A program made the translations under genes and the position numbers. A stretch of 64,000 nt of DNA from Nemertoderma westbladi (lineage: Eukaryota > Animalia > Xenacoelomorpha), in assembly GCA_032718475.1 (NCBI GenBank), contig JAUCBJ010009037.1, positions 15,644-79,643 of the forward strand, given 5' to 3'. This document shows, in pieces, positions 38,882 through 50,500 of the stretch (within the stretch, counting starts at the first letter, position 1; the number at the start of each line of letters is the position of its first letter). The notes under the pieces are model-generated. The model did not search any database and was not told the origin of the DNA. It worked only from the letters and a program-made list of their open reading frames with translations.

Positions 38882-41800
38882 TTAGTCTTTCTTGCGCGGA
38901 CGGCGTTTACGCAGTTTTTTAAAGCTAGCCAGAGTCCTTTTCTCTTTGGGGCGAGCCACTTTACAAGGAGGGCTATAACTCCTGGGTGAAGGGTACAATA
39001 TGATTGCATCAGAGGGTGTAGGATTATGGTCGGTGTATCCGCCAGTCGAAGTACCGGGTTGATTGACATCAACGTCAGGTGAGAGGGGTCTAACGGCTTT
39101 GAGAGCTCGTTTCAAGACAGCCGCTCTTACGGGTCCTTTACGAGTGGTCTGAACGAGGGCCGTGGGTGGACCATAGGCAGTTAGAAACTTCCGGGGTTTA
39201 ATGGTCCTTTCCAACTCGCGTTCGCGGGCTCGGTATTCGTAAGGCCGTCGATGTACTTCCTGCAACTCGGGGTGTGAGTTAACAAACAAGTCTCCATAGT
39301 CCGGATCCTGACGGATATAATTGATTAAGTTATAGGAATGAAGGTCGCTATGATTAACACTCCTGAGAAATTTGCGTACGAATTTAGTTGAAATACATTC
39401 TCCGACGCGCTTCAGTAGCTCGTAACTTGATATGCGTGATTTCTGTTCAACAGAAGCGAATAGATAAGGATGGAACGCATAAACTCCTTCGTAAGCGCGT
39501 CCGGGATAATAGCGATGGCGCGAATCACAATGTAAATCAGCGTTCGCTTCCCAAGCTCTGATGTAACGCAGTGTGATCATTTCATCTACGCTTTCCAAAT
39601 CGTGATTAAAAGGGCAGTCGAAACTAGCATGTCCCTTTAGTTGACAATGGTGACATTGAGTCATAAATTGAGGGCAAACCGCAAAGATATGCAGGTTATT
39701 GAGTCTGCAATATGCGCAATAAATTTCCATAGTCGGTTGTTCTTGGAAATAGGAACAGCGGACGTTGGTGTCCATGGGCGTATCGTGGTCTCTCGATGCG
39801 CATAACCGACAACGTTGCCTAGAAACATAGTTGGCATGGCGATAATCGTACGCAGTGAGACACTGTGGGCCTTGATACCATTCTATGATGTAATCGTTGT
39901 CGCTGGTCCGGGGCGCGATAGGCTGAATCTCTTCAGATTCTAGACATATTGGTTCGTCTTCCAAGTGCATAGCTGAAGTGGGCGTGTCTGTCTCTTCAGG
40001 TGGACCTATCGTCTGAATTTCCACGACAGAATAACCTGTGGGAATTCGAGGTCTTTGTATAACTGAGGAGTGCAAGTTCGATATACAAATCTCTTGGAAA
40101 ATGGCGAATCCAGCGCTATCCAACTTCTCTGCAGCTGAGTTTCTTAGGCTGAGTTTGGTCAAAGCGCGGTCTTTAAATTGGCTATCCACGTTGCGGAACG
40201 GGGTTAAAAATCTCCGGAAACATTCGAAATGGATGAATTTATTATGTTCATCTAGCTTAGCGAGTTTGGTCCCAAGTATTAATGGATGGGCGCGTATAGT
40301 ACGACTGCACACATCAGCTAGCCAACCGGCAAGTGCGGTGTTTTCAAAGATCGTGTATATAGCTAACGAGGGACGGAGTGGAACACTCATGAAGCTATAC
40401 ACGGCGCCAGGTGCGGTCAATGGTCCATCAAAGTATAATCGAGAATAATGGTCTCCGTATACCTGTTGATAGTTAATGGGATTTCCGACTTTGAAATTCC
40501 ATCCGTATTCCTGAAAGGCAAGATGTCCGATGGAAGTTCGTTGCACCTTGGTAATGTTGCTAGACGTATTAGCATACATGGTGCGGAAGAAACCTCGACC
40601 TTCTGCCCAAGGAGCAATCAGCTGAGTATCAACGAAAGGGTATGGAATGTCCTCCATATTCCGAAAGTTGTTTTGTAGATCTCCATAAACAGCTGAGCCG
40701 ATTTTAAGGATTCTTTCATTGAACAACATCTCGAGTACGGGCTGGGGTAACATCGATCCATCGATGCCCATGGCCGGTTTGCGTTCGGTGTCAATGACGT
40801 AACGCTGCGCGAGTTCGAATTGTCCATGTCGGAGATTCTTTTGTGTTTCGGTAAGAGTTTCAAAAGAATAATCAATCAAGTCGGAACACGCTCGAGTAAA
40901 CACGTGGGTAGAACCAGCTAATCCGCGGATGTGGATCATGCGCGTAGTTCCTAGCTCTCCGACCGGAACGCTACCTTCATTATCGTAGGTGACAACTCCA
41001 TACATCTCAATAACATTAAGAGTTTCATTCCACTCCTTGGTGGCGTTTTCTAGGGTCATCCCTACTGGATGCCACAAAGTGGCGCATTGGTTAGCGTCAG
41101 GGAGATCACTATACTTCATATGCCGAGTGGTATATGTCTCCACATTTCCATATCTTTGTATTTTCTCTTCTTCAAATAATACATCTAGATTCCAATGGAC
41201 TAATCGAGTTTTAATAAATCCATCGAGGTTATAAGGAGGTTCTATATCTTTCTCGATTCGAGAAATGTTATATGGTTTTCTAAATGAGTTAATGTCTAGA
41301 GGATTTATTAGTGGTAGAAACTTTAAATCATGTGTCGGGTCTTCTGGTTTTACCATATAATATTGAGTCAGATTAACGTAATAAGGGTGGTCTTTAATCC
41401 CGTAAAACGAGTTCTGTAAGGGTCTAGCGCGTATGTTGACATCGTGTACCATACGACGGACAAGATCCGCTCGATTGTCCGGAGGTTCAACGAGTATACC
41501 GTCAACACGAGCGGCCTCGATCGGCGGACGCTGTAACATAGGGGCGTCAGCGATAAGGTTTTGCGATCCTGTACTGATATCAACCGGTTGAGGTTGTATC
41601 GTCGCGAAGAGTTTGTCTCCGAAATGTGGAATCATAGAGGGATGACGAACGGTTTTAGAGTAGAGGTCCGTCATGAGGATTTGAGCTTCAGGTTGGGCTA
41701 AAGCGGCTTCTTCTCTTTCTTCCAGTTTCGTGTGTTTCTCTTCGATTAGATTTTCTTCCGCTTGTCTCTGTAAGCATTCATCTAAAAATTCTTGTAGAGA

Positions 41801-43087
41801 ATACGTGCGTCCAAGCTCGATGTCTTCCTCGAGGTTTTGAATTTCTCTATCGAACTGTGGCAAGGCTAACTCCTTCACCGATTGGACTTGTTGTTGTAAT
41901 TTACGTTTCTCTAAACAATCTTGTGTTCCCTTTCCGATTTTCTGTCGAATGGCGTCTAAAGCGTTTCTTATAACGCTCTCCTCGACTTCCGTGGCGGGTT
42001 GTATCGGGTTTAATCCTGGACGATTGTAAGGATCAAAGGGTAATATTAGCTGCCCGCGTCCCAATCCGGCTAAGTAGGATGGGCGGATGTCTAACGAACC
42101 CACTACCGGAGCACCACCGATTAATTGTTCGGGTAACACTAAGTCTTTGAACAGGGAATATAGTTCGGGAGGATCAGTGATACTGTTAGGATCAAGAGTT
42201 TGAGGTCTCACGAGGGAATGAGGAGGCCTGACCGAGTATTCCGGAACTCTGATCATGGGTTTATTCAGTGATCGTTTAAGACGAGCGATCGTGGGTGGTA
42301 CGTCGAACAGGTTTCGCTCGAAACTCCCGTAAGTGTAACGCGTAAAACTATGTTTAGCGCAACGTCTCCGCGGATGTTTATGTCTTTCAATTTGTTGGTT
42401 GGGTCTAGGGCATTCGTCGCAATAATACCAAAGACGCACGTCCTGTAGAGGAAACGCGGGTGATCGTTCTCCAGTTTTGCAGTATTCTTCCATTTGTTCA
42501 AAACTATCCGGGATAACAGGTAGTGGACGATCGGCAGTAAGATACATCATAGTGAAATAGAGCCGTTTGAGTTCTACTACAGGGTCGTGATGGATACCTT
42601 GAGGATATCGAGTCTCTAAGTTCTGCTGACTAGCGACGTTGAGATAGGTTTCTCTCAAAAACTCTAAGTATTCGTTGAAGTCGATGCGTTTATCCGGTTC
42701 TTCAACGTTTTCTCTTTCCAGTCTATTACGAATAGAATTTTCGTGATCTATTCTCGGTTTATCGTTACGACTCCGCTGGGTATGATATTTAAATAGAACC
42801 ATTTCCCTTTCTGTATCTACATCGTCCGTATCATGTAAATCGATAGGATGGCCGGTCATTAGGAAGTCCATATACGTACCATTACGATTCGTATAGCGAG
42901 TGGTGAATTTTCGATAGTCCAATTCACGCGCAAGTTGCTCTTGGGACATCGGCGGTTCGATATAACGACCATCGTCCTCCGTAATGGTTGGATCGGCTTC
43001 ACCGCGTATTAAGCTATCCACAAATGCTTGTAAAGGTAGAGTATATCGCTCCCTAATACCAAGATCATCTTCTATTAACTCCGTCAT
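38882..43087 (-). CDS. ORF3, 1401 aa: DEDDy/RNase D-like 3'-5' exonuclease domain, CCHC zinc knuckles, basic C-terminus
   Basis: ExoI VVTYDNEG; ExoII LPQPVLEMLFNERILKIGSAVYGDL; FVDTQ; ExoIII-like PLRPSLAIYTIFE; CAYC..H..C and CHHCQLKGHASFDC; no obvious signal peptide or TM segment. Confidence 0.8.
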   Translation of the reverse strand: MTELIEDDLGIRERYTLPLQAFVDSLIRGEADPTITEDDGRYIEPPMSQEQLARELDYRKFTTRYTNRNGTYMDFLMTGHPIDLHDTDDVDTEREMVLFKYHTQRSRNDKPRIDHENSIRNRLERENVEEPDKRIDFNEYLEFLRETYLNVASQQNLETRYPQGIHHDPVVELKRLYFTMMYLTADRPLPVIPDSFEQMEEYCKTGERSPAFPLQDVRLWYYCDECPRPNQQIERHKHPRRRCAKHSFTRYTYGSFERNLFDVPPTIARLKRSLNKPMIRVPEYSVRPPHSLVRPQTLDPNSITDPPELYSLFKDLVLPEQLIGGAPVVGSLDIRPSYLAGLGRGQLILPFDPYNRPGLNPIQPATEVEESVIRNALDAIRQKIGKGTQDCLEKRKLQQQVQSVKELALPQFDREIQNLEEDIELGRTYSLQEFLDECLQRQAEENLIEEKHTKLEEREEAALAQPEAQILMTDLYSKTVRHPSMIPHFGDKLFATIQPQPVDISTGSQNLIADAPMLQRPPIEAARVDGILVEPPDNRADLVRRMVHDVNIRARPLQNSFYGIKDHPYYVNLTQYYMVKPEDPTHDLKFLPLINPLDINSFRKPYNISRIEKDIEPPYNLDGFIKTRLVHWNLDVLFEEEKIQRYGNVETYTTRHMKYSDLPDANQCATLWHPVGMTLENATKEWNETLNVIEMYGVVTYDNEGSVPVGELGTTRMIHIRGLAGSTHVFTRACSDLIDYSFETLTETQKNLRHGQFELAQRYVIDTERKPAMGIDGSMLPQPVLEMLFNERILKIGSAVYGDLQNNFRNMEDIPYPFVDTQLIAPWAEGRGFFRTMYANTSSNITKVQRTSIGHLAFQEYGWNFKVGNPINYQQVYGDHYSRLYFDGPLTAPGAVYSFMSVPLRPSLAIYTIFENTALAGWLADVCSRTIRAHPLILGTKLAKLDEHNKFIHFECFRRFLTPFRNVDSQFKDRALTKLSLRNSAAEKLDSAGFAIFQEICISNLHSSVIQRPRIPTGYSVVEIQTIGPPEETDTPTSAMHLEDEPICLESEEIQPIAPRTSDNDYIIEWYQGPQCLTAYDYRHANYVSRQRCRLCASRDHDTPMDTNVRCSYFQEQPTMEIYCAYCRLNNLHIFAVCPQFMTQCHHCQLKGHASFDCPFNHDLESVDEMITLRYIRAWEANADLHCDSRHRYYPGRAYEGVYAFHPYLFASVEQKSRISSYELLKRVGECISTKFVRKFLRSVNHSDLHSYNLINYIRQDPDYGDLFVNSHPELQEVHRRPYEYRARERELERTIKPRKFLTAYGPPTALVQTTRKGPVRAAVLKRALKAVRPLSPDVDVNQPGTSTGGYTDHNPTPSDAIILYPSPRSYSPPCKVARPKEKRTLASFKKLRKRRPRKKD

Positions 43088-44705
43088 ATCTGCTATCTGA
43101 GTTTATTAATATCAAATAAGTTTGTATTTAGGCGAGCGGGCGTCGCTGCCTACTTTCTTTGCCCCCGGACAGTGGGATTCTCAGCGCCGATGTACCGTCG
43201 TCGCGGTGTTTACGCCAACATGTAGCAACAGCACGACAACGATAACCGGCACAAGTCACTCCACTGTCCGTCCCAAAGGCTTGGATCCACTTAGGTTCTT
43301 TCTATAGGAGAGTTGGGCTATTTTTACAATTGCGACTAGCTACTGTAAACATACTTTAGCAGTAACATTCACCTATAAACGCACAAATTCCACACAACTG
43401 TCAACAACTGCACACACACAGGCCATTTGTCCGTTAGTCAGTGCCTTCCAGAATGTCACTTTATTACTGTGTATCCTTGGATACTAACAGTGTGCTATAT
43501 TCTATGCTATGCAATGGGACAAGCTTTCTATTGTTCTTTTAACTTGCTTCTAATTCTAGCGTGGGTGTTGCTATGGTGACATTATGGAATGCTAGCGGTA
43601 GAATTAGAGTAATTCTCATGCATACAGATCTGGGATGCTATTTAATAATAATTCTTTAATTGTCAATATCCTCTTTATGCATGATTTTGTTAATTTTATC
43701 GGCTATTGACTATATGTTGGAGATTCTCGCACTCTAATACACTCAATAGGATGAATCTCCGCTCCCATGATCTATTAATTAATGGAATTTTGGGAATGTT
43801 ATAAATTGTACAAAATGACAATTTATGAAATTCATTTAAAATATGAATTTAAATTTATTCCCGTGAATTTTATTATTTGATGTTAAAATTGACACAATTT
43901 GATTCCAGAGCAGGTCTGGGGACATAGGATCTTTAATTCTATAAAATTGTCTTTTAAGAGTATCGGTAAGTGCTGCGATATCTTAATTGACTAGAAATTT
44001 TAAAGGATCTGAATTTTACAGAATTTAATAAATATTAAATTAATATTTAAGATGGGCACCGATTTATTCCAGAACTTGTCTGGGGACGTTAACCACTGAT
44101 TCTAGAATTGGTCTTTCAAGTATATCGGTGGGTGCCGCGATATCTTAATCGACTAGAATTACAGATGGTCAAAAGGTTTAACAGATTTATTTGCGTTTTA
44201 CGCTACTGTTATAGGGACATCACGCTACTATATGTATTATTATATATGGTATGAGAGCAATATCGCACGAAGCAATGTCAGTGTGAAGAGGCAAGTCGTT
44301 TCCAAGGTCTACCCAGAGCTTGGCTTAGCCGAGACACGAGGATCTGAACTTTGCATTCCTAATACTCTGCCTACCAATAATACTTGAATATAGTAGTGGC
44401 TTTATTGTACTTTAAGAAGTACGGACATTTCATCTTACTGTAGTCACGTATTTATAATATGATACGGACAGTAAGGAAAGAGAAAATAATTATTTTCTCG
44501 CCGTCGCACTAAATATATATTATAAGTAATTACGTACGTAATAAACACTAATATATTGCACTAATCTACTAAATAATCACTAAAATAACATTCTACTAAA
44601 TAAAATTGAATAAAAACGATTATAATAAAGTACATAATAAAGTTCACATATAAAAATATAACAAAATAGATAAAATAATATAGTCATACACCCACTCCAG
44701 ACGTA

Positions 44706-47516
44706 TCACGTTAGGGAGTCCCTAGATGTTTGAGGAATTAGGGAGGTGGTCGTGGGAAGAGTGTCTTGCCTTCCATAGTTTCCAGAGAGTTCCCTGTCTC
44801 TTTCCAGTAAACATAAACGACCAACTGGGCGATTGAGTTGTTGCGTCTCAAAGATGATGCCTGGTTTCTTGAAGTTACGCCGCATGACGATGAGTTCTAC
44901 TGAGCGTACTAAACCATCATCTGAAATGTGTGTCTCGATGATACGACCTGTCTGCCACCGTTTACGTGGGAGGTCTGGATCTACAATAAGCACCATATCT
45001 CCGGTGCTGACGTTTTCTTGCTGCGCAAACCACTTAGTTCGAAGTTGTAGCGTGGACAGATAATGTTTCTCGAAATGGTCAGCGAAACGACGGGATAGCA
45101 ACTGCATAAGTTGCCAAGTTCGACGGCAGTATTCGTCTCCGTCGGCAATCTCCGATCGTGGGAGCATGGCTACGGGTTTCTTCAGTAGGAAGTGCGCGGG
45201 TGTTAGCGCTTCCAGGGAATCGGGACTCGATGAGACTGGCATAAGCGGTCTCTCGTTGAGATAGGCAGCGATTTCCTCCATTAACGTCCGCAAAAGTTCG
45301 TCGGTGAGATACGCGCGGCATGGCACTATAAAGTGAAATGCGGTTTTGACACTTCGAATTAATCTCTCCCAACTTCCTCCCCACCAAGGGGCGTCGGCAG
45401 CGTTGAAGGTCCAGCTAGACGCTGTTATCCTTAGCTGGTCGTCCACCTGTCTTTGGTTCCAGTCCTTCACGTAAGCCTGTATCTCGTTGTTGGCACCTAT
45501 GAAGTTCGTTCCTTTATCCGATCTCATGGTATTACTCGTCCCGAAGCGAGCGATCTGTCGTCGTAAACTTAAGACGAAGCTGTTAGTAGATAGATCGTTC
45601 ACCATATCGAGATGGATGGCTCTACAAGTCATGTACACGAAGATGACACACCATCTCTTGACTATAGTCCTCGCACGATATACTTCAATAGGGCCAAATA
45701 AATCTACACCAGTATTAGTAAAAGGTGGTTCATAGAAGCTTACTCGTTCCCTAGGTAATTCTGCCTCTCGCTGTGTTAAAGGCCTACTGAATGCTTTCCT
45801 ACAGGGTATGCAGTTCCTAAGAACTTGGTTCAGAGCTCTACGGGGTTTATCAAAATAATAGCGAGTTCGAATTTCGCTAAGAATTCGTTCTCTACCAGCA
45901 TGGTAAAGTTTACCGTGAACGTCTACAATCATCTTGATTTGTACTTCAAGATTTCTAATAAGTATGGGGAATTTGGTGTCAAAGGATAAGGGCGCGTTGG
46001 TGAGTCTTCCTCCAACACGTATTAACCCATCTATCATTGTGCTCGAGAATCGATCCCTTAAGCGCATCTGTGGATTTCTCAACAACAGGAAGTACTTTTC
46101 GGAATCCTCATAGCATTGCAGGAGTCTCAGTATCTGTTTATTTGTTTCTTCATACTCCTGGTGACTAATTTTCTCTTTTAGAAAACGATCAGATATCTTA
46201 TATTTGGGTAAATTCTTAATAACATGAACTTGTGCAGATGTCAATGGAGCGTGATCACTAGTGGTCTTCGTCCTGGAGTAGTGATGATGAAAACATCGTC
46301 TTAAAAATGTGACGGCTTTACAGAGCCGATTCCAGGAACTGTAATGATGCATTGCTCTCTGCAGCATGGGTGAGATTCCTTGCGAGACGTCTGGTATTCC
46401 AGATTTCCAATCTCTATCTCGAATTTCCACAACAGACTTATTTGTGTTGAGGGATTGTGGATCCGAAACATCATTCCCGGAAGTGTGTAATACGGATAGA
46501 TCGATAGTCGGTTTAAATAACTTTGATTTACTCGCCCGGGTTTTAGGTTTGACGGTCTCCGCTCCCTTGGCTTGTCTAATCTCTGCCGTAGTAAGGTGAG
46601 GAGGCCATTCATCCTCTTCCTTGCTCAGGAAGTCGGGTCCACCCAACCAATCTGGAGTATCTATCAGTTCCTGTGGAGTTGCTCCCCTGGAGGCGATATC
46701 GGCTGGATTAATCGTACCAGGGCAATGTCTCCATTGATCTATCTTTGTGCGACTAAGAATAATAGCTACTCGGTTAGTAACAAAAACGCTAAACTGACAG
46801 ACTTCATTGGTGAGATACTCCAACACGAGTAAAGCGTCGGTCCAATAAACCGTTTTCTCCAGTGGATAGTCGATTTGTTCCGTTACGTTCCGGCCGATGG
46901 CTGTAGCGTATAAAGCCGCCTTTAACTCCGCTCGAGGAACCTTTAACTTGTTGTTAATCAATGCCTTAGAGGTAACCAAGGCGACCTTGATTCCATCCGG
47001 AGTTTCGACTCGCAGATATGCTACTATACCTATTCCCATATCGCTGGCGTCTCCAAACACATGGAGTTGATAGGAATACGTAGGAAGAACATGGCCAAAA
47101 TATGCACGGGAAATTATAAAGTTCTCGATGGCAGGTAGAGAATCTTCCCATTTCATCCATTTCTTCAACAATTCTCCCTTAAGCGGATCGTCCCATGAGT
47201 GGTTTTCAAGCCACATCTGTTGTACTAAACTCCGAGCAATCAATATAACTGGGCTAATAAATCCCAATGGGTCGAAATAAGTGCTCAGGATACTTAAACA
47301 AATCCGCTTGGTCCGAACTGGATTATCTCGCTGTTTTAACTGAAAAAACAGGATGTCTCTTTCAGTGTCCCACTTCAAGCCTAGCGTTTTGGTTTCAGGA
47401 AGATCGTCCTTTATTAAGTCTAGGTCTTTCGCTCCGCGATCTTCTACCGGTATGGCTACCAGAAACTCACGGGAGTTGCTAGTGAATTTCGTCAGTCGAA
47501 ATCCACCTCTTTTCAA
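44706..47516 (-). CDS. BEL/Pao pol C-terminal part (RT thumb, RNase H, integrase); in frame with the upstream ORF after one TGA
   Basis: GGFRLTKFTSN, LHVFGDAS, ELKAAL, NPADIASRG, H..HAG..CIPC, GVDLFGP, SDKGTNF, WERL, LQLRTKW. Confidence 0.93.
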   Translation of the reverse strand: MKRGGFRLTKFTSNSREFLVAIPVEDRGAKDLDLIKDDLPETKTLGLKWDTERDILFFQLKQRDNPVRTKRICLSILSTYFDPLGFISPVILIARSLVQQMWLENHSWDDPLKGELLKKWMKWEDSLPAIENFIISRAYFGHVLPTYSYQLHVFGDASDMGIGIVAYLRVETPDGIKVALVTSKALINNKLKVPRAELKAALYATAIGRNVTEQIDYPLEKTVYWTDALLVLEYLTNEVCQFSVFVTNRVAIILSRTKIDQWRHCPGTINPADIASRGATPQELIDTPDWLGGPDFLSKEEDEWPPHLTTAEIRQAKGAETVKPKTRASKSKLFKPTIDLSVLHTSGNDVSDPQSLNTNKSVVEIRDRDWKSGIPDVSQGISPMLQRAMHHYSSWNRLCKAVTFLRRCFHHHYSRTKTTSDHAPLTSAQVHVIKNLPKYKISDRFLKEKISHQEYEETNKQILRLLQCYEDSEKYFLLLRNPQMRLRDRFSSTMIDGLIRVGGRLTNAPLSFDTKFPILIRNLEVQIKMIVDVHGKLYHAGRERILSEIRTRYYFDKPRRALNQVLRNCIPCRKAFSRPLTQREAELPRERVSFYEPPFTNTGVDLFGPIEVYRARTIVKRWCVIFVYMTCRAIHLDMVNDLSTNSFVLSLRRQIARFGTSNTMRSDKGTNFIGANNEIQAYVKDWNQRQVDDQLRITASSWTFNAADAPWWGGSWERLIRSVKTAFHFIVPCRAYLTDELLRTLMEEIAAYLNERPLMPVSSSPDSLEALTPAHFLLKKPVAMLPRSEIADGDEYCRRTWQLMQLLSRRFADHFEKHYLSTLQLRTKWFAQQENVSTGDMVLIVDPDLPRKRWQTGRIIETHISDDGLVRSVELIVMRRNFKKPGIIFETQQLNRPVGRLCLLERDRELSGNYGRQDTLPTTTSLIPQTSRDSLT

Positions 47517-50500
47517 TCACTCTACCGTTCCTTTCGCGACAGCTATGGCTTCTTCTACTGATGAAAGGGACCTTAAATTGTCGTCCATGTATATATTGCG
47601 TTTTATGTTGTCCATCACTTCTTTGGAGAAGGAGTCTCGGTTATCATTCGCAGTGGTTCGCACCACGGAGCAGGCGTTGGAAGGGCTTGATATGATCCCA
47701 AAAGCCTGGATGGTCATCCAGTACTCTACCGGTTTCTGGTTGAGGTCTCCTTCAGGCCACCACAGAAATCTCAGGCTGTCTCTATCTCTATCCAGCGCCT
47801 TGACTTGTAAGAACATTCCTTCGATATCAGAGGCGAACGCGATGGAATATTGTCTTAATCTTAATAGTATTCCCAACAAAGATTGGAGTAAGTTGGGTCC
47901 TGGTAACAACTCGGAATTGAGGGATTGGCCCATATATAGCGCAGAGCCATTAAATACGACTCGTACTTCATGGGGTTTACCGGGTTTGGGAACGTAATGA
48001 TGTGTTAAATAATACGTTCTCTCAGTCACTGGTGTTCCTTCCGGTACTCGCTCCGCGTATCCCTTTGTTATAAATTTCTTCAGCTGAGTTTGGTACATTT
48101 CTTTCGCTGAAGCATTAGCTGTAAGTCGTCGATATAATTGAGCGATTCTTTTCTCTGCCAAGGGTCTGTTATTTATAAATCTAGGTTCTCGTTTTCGAAA
48201 TGGTAGGCCGATTTCATACCTACCTTGGTCCTTTAAAAAACGTGTAGTTGTTTCCTGGATTTGCTTGGCTCTTTCTTCTTCTATCGATAGAGCCTTATCA
48301 TATGAATTGGGCTCTACCAGTTCCTGAGTAAAGAATCGTACAGCTAGTTCGTCCCGAGTTCTAGCGTTGCAGCGCTCTATCTCATCGTTTAGTTCGTCAT
48401 TGTAAGCGATGGGTTCCGATGGGTGAATCAGTTGACATAGGTTCACCTGACTTTTCCAATTTTGGTTTTCTGTAAGTAGGTCGATTGTGTTCTCTTCATC
48501 GAAGAGTTGGTAGATGTCGTCATTATCTGAGGAGTATGGTGTTCCCTCAGTTAGTTCGTCCACCTCACTGCTCTCCACTTCCCAATCGTGTACTTGGTAT
48601 GTGTGTTCTTGTGGCATTCTCTCTTCGAGAGTCCTGCGGGAAGGGCCAGTAAAGTACCAACCTACTCTAGTTCTTACTGCATAGGTTTGCAGTGGCTGTG
48701 GTTGAGCAGGCCGTTTCTCCAATGTTTCGAGCGCCTCATGCGCATTCTGGCCGATGAGGATTTGCACTCCAGGATAATCTGTCTGGAATCGAGGTATCTC
48801 AAGATGTTGGATGCTCTCATCCTCGTCCCAATTATAAAGGTCTGCTTGAGTAGTAGCGAAGTTCTTTATAGCCACCATTTTTACCGACCTTATACCTTGT
48901 GTTCCTAACTTATCCTGGGGGGTGGACAACACACCTACATAGTAATCTGCCGTTAAGGTAGATTTCCAAACCTGCATAATTCCTGACATATTCAATTTAG
49001 TCCAGAATTTGGGTTGTCCAGCAAAGATATCTTCGGCTAATTCTTGATCGATGAATGTTCCTGTGCTGCCGGAGTCAAGGAGGGCGTTCACTATGTAACT
49101 TTTGTTAAGACCGTGAACTCTTACCTGTACTACAGGAAATTCTCTGATTCCTACGTTGGAAGTTGGAGCTTTCCAAGATGGTTGTTTGGCAAAAGTAGTT
49201 GGGGGAAACTCATTGTTGGTGTCCTTTTCATAAGTAAGTGCTCGATACACTGCGGTATTGATTAGATAACAGGATTCGTTGGCGTCGGAGAATTCGTCAG
49301 TATAGAATCCTTCCATCTCAGACTCCTGATCAGTGTCGTTTACATCACTGAATTGGACATGTAGTTCGGGCTCACTTACCTGACTCTGTTTGTCTCGTTC
49401 GAACTCACTGTGTAACAAGATGTGATGTTTCGCGCCACACTTTGCACACTTTATGTCGGAGTAACAGGTTCGCCGTTGGTGTCCTGGTCTGAGGCAATTA
49501 TAGCATAACCGCTTGTCCCACACAACTGCACGTCTGTCTACAAGGGATTTCTTTAGAAATTCAGCACACGCACTCAAACGGTGGGTCTCGTCGCACAGCG
49601 CACAGTTAGGTTTTATGTTACTCACCTTACCTTGGGTAACTTGATGCACTCTCGTTTTTTCTTCGGGTTTTCTTCGGTGCATTCTGTTAGGAGACTGAGG
49701 GGGGGTCTTGGTAACCCGTTCTCTCCTATCGTTGTTTCGAGCCTTGTATTTACTTACATCTTTTGAGGTTTTGTCAACGTAGTAAGATCGCTCAGTATCT
49801 TTCCCGCTGTCCTCTTCTTGAGAAACTTGGCTTTCGCCGTCGTCAGTGTAACACACCGGTGTTATTCTTCTCCTAGAAGCGGGTTTCTCACTTACCTTAT
49901 TTTCCGATGTTTTCTCTCTGGACTGCTTGATGAGTTGTAGTTTTACCTCACCATCTAAGAAGGACATGAGATCAGCCATGGTAGGACTTCGTCGTTGTTG
50001 TTCATTCATGTACAACACTTTCTTGTCCCAGCGAGTACATACTCCACCCTTTGGTAAAGTAGAGACTACGGCTCCAATAACCATTGAACTCTGATATTCA
50101 TGAGACTTACCTAACCAGTCCAATTGTCTACAGATCTCTTGAATCTCATCGGGAAACTCTATAATCCCGCTACTAAGGAAGTGTCGGGGGGCTACTAATT
50201 TTGCATACAAATACTTAGCTATGTTATCCTTGTTACCATACCTGATGTTTAATGTATCCCATACTTGTCTTAATCCTTCTGGATGTCCAAAAAACTTTAA
50301 CGCCATTAACTTGGGAGGTCCTTCCAAGCACTTGATGAGAAACCTAAGTTTCTCTCCATTAGATAGCACAGAGTTCTGTATGCTGTCTTTGTAATATTCG
50401 TTGAAAGGTAACCATTTCATCTCATCTCCATTGAATTTGACGATCTCTCCCACTTTGACCGCTTGGCGGGCTTCTGTTCTAGCCATCTGCCGCGTAAAGC

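Noticed and set aside
38882-43087. ORF3 as an envelope glycoprotein
   Set aside because: No signal peptide or transmembrane segment seen; it has nuclease and zinc-knuckle motifs instead
47517-47519. Programmed gag-pol readthrough site
   Set aside because: The stop lies inside RT rather than at the gag/pol boundary, and the context TGA-TTG is not a typical readthrough signal
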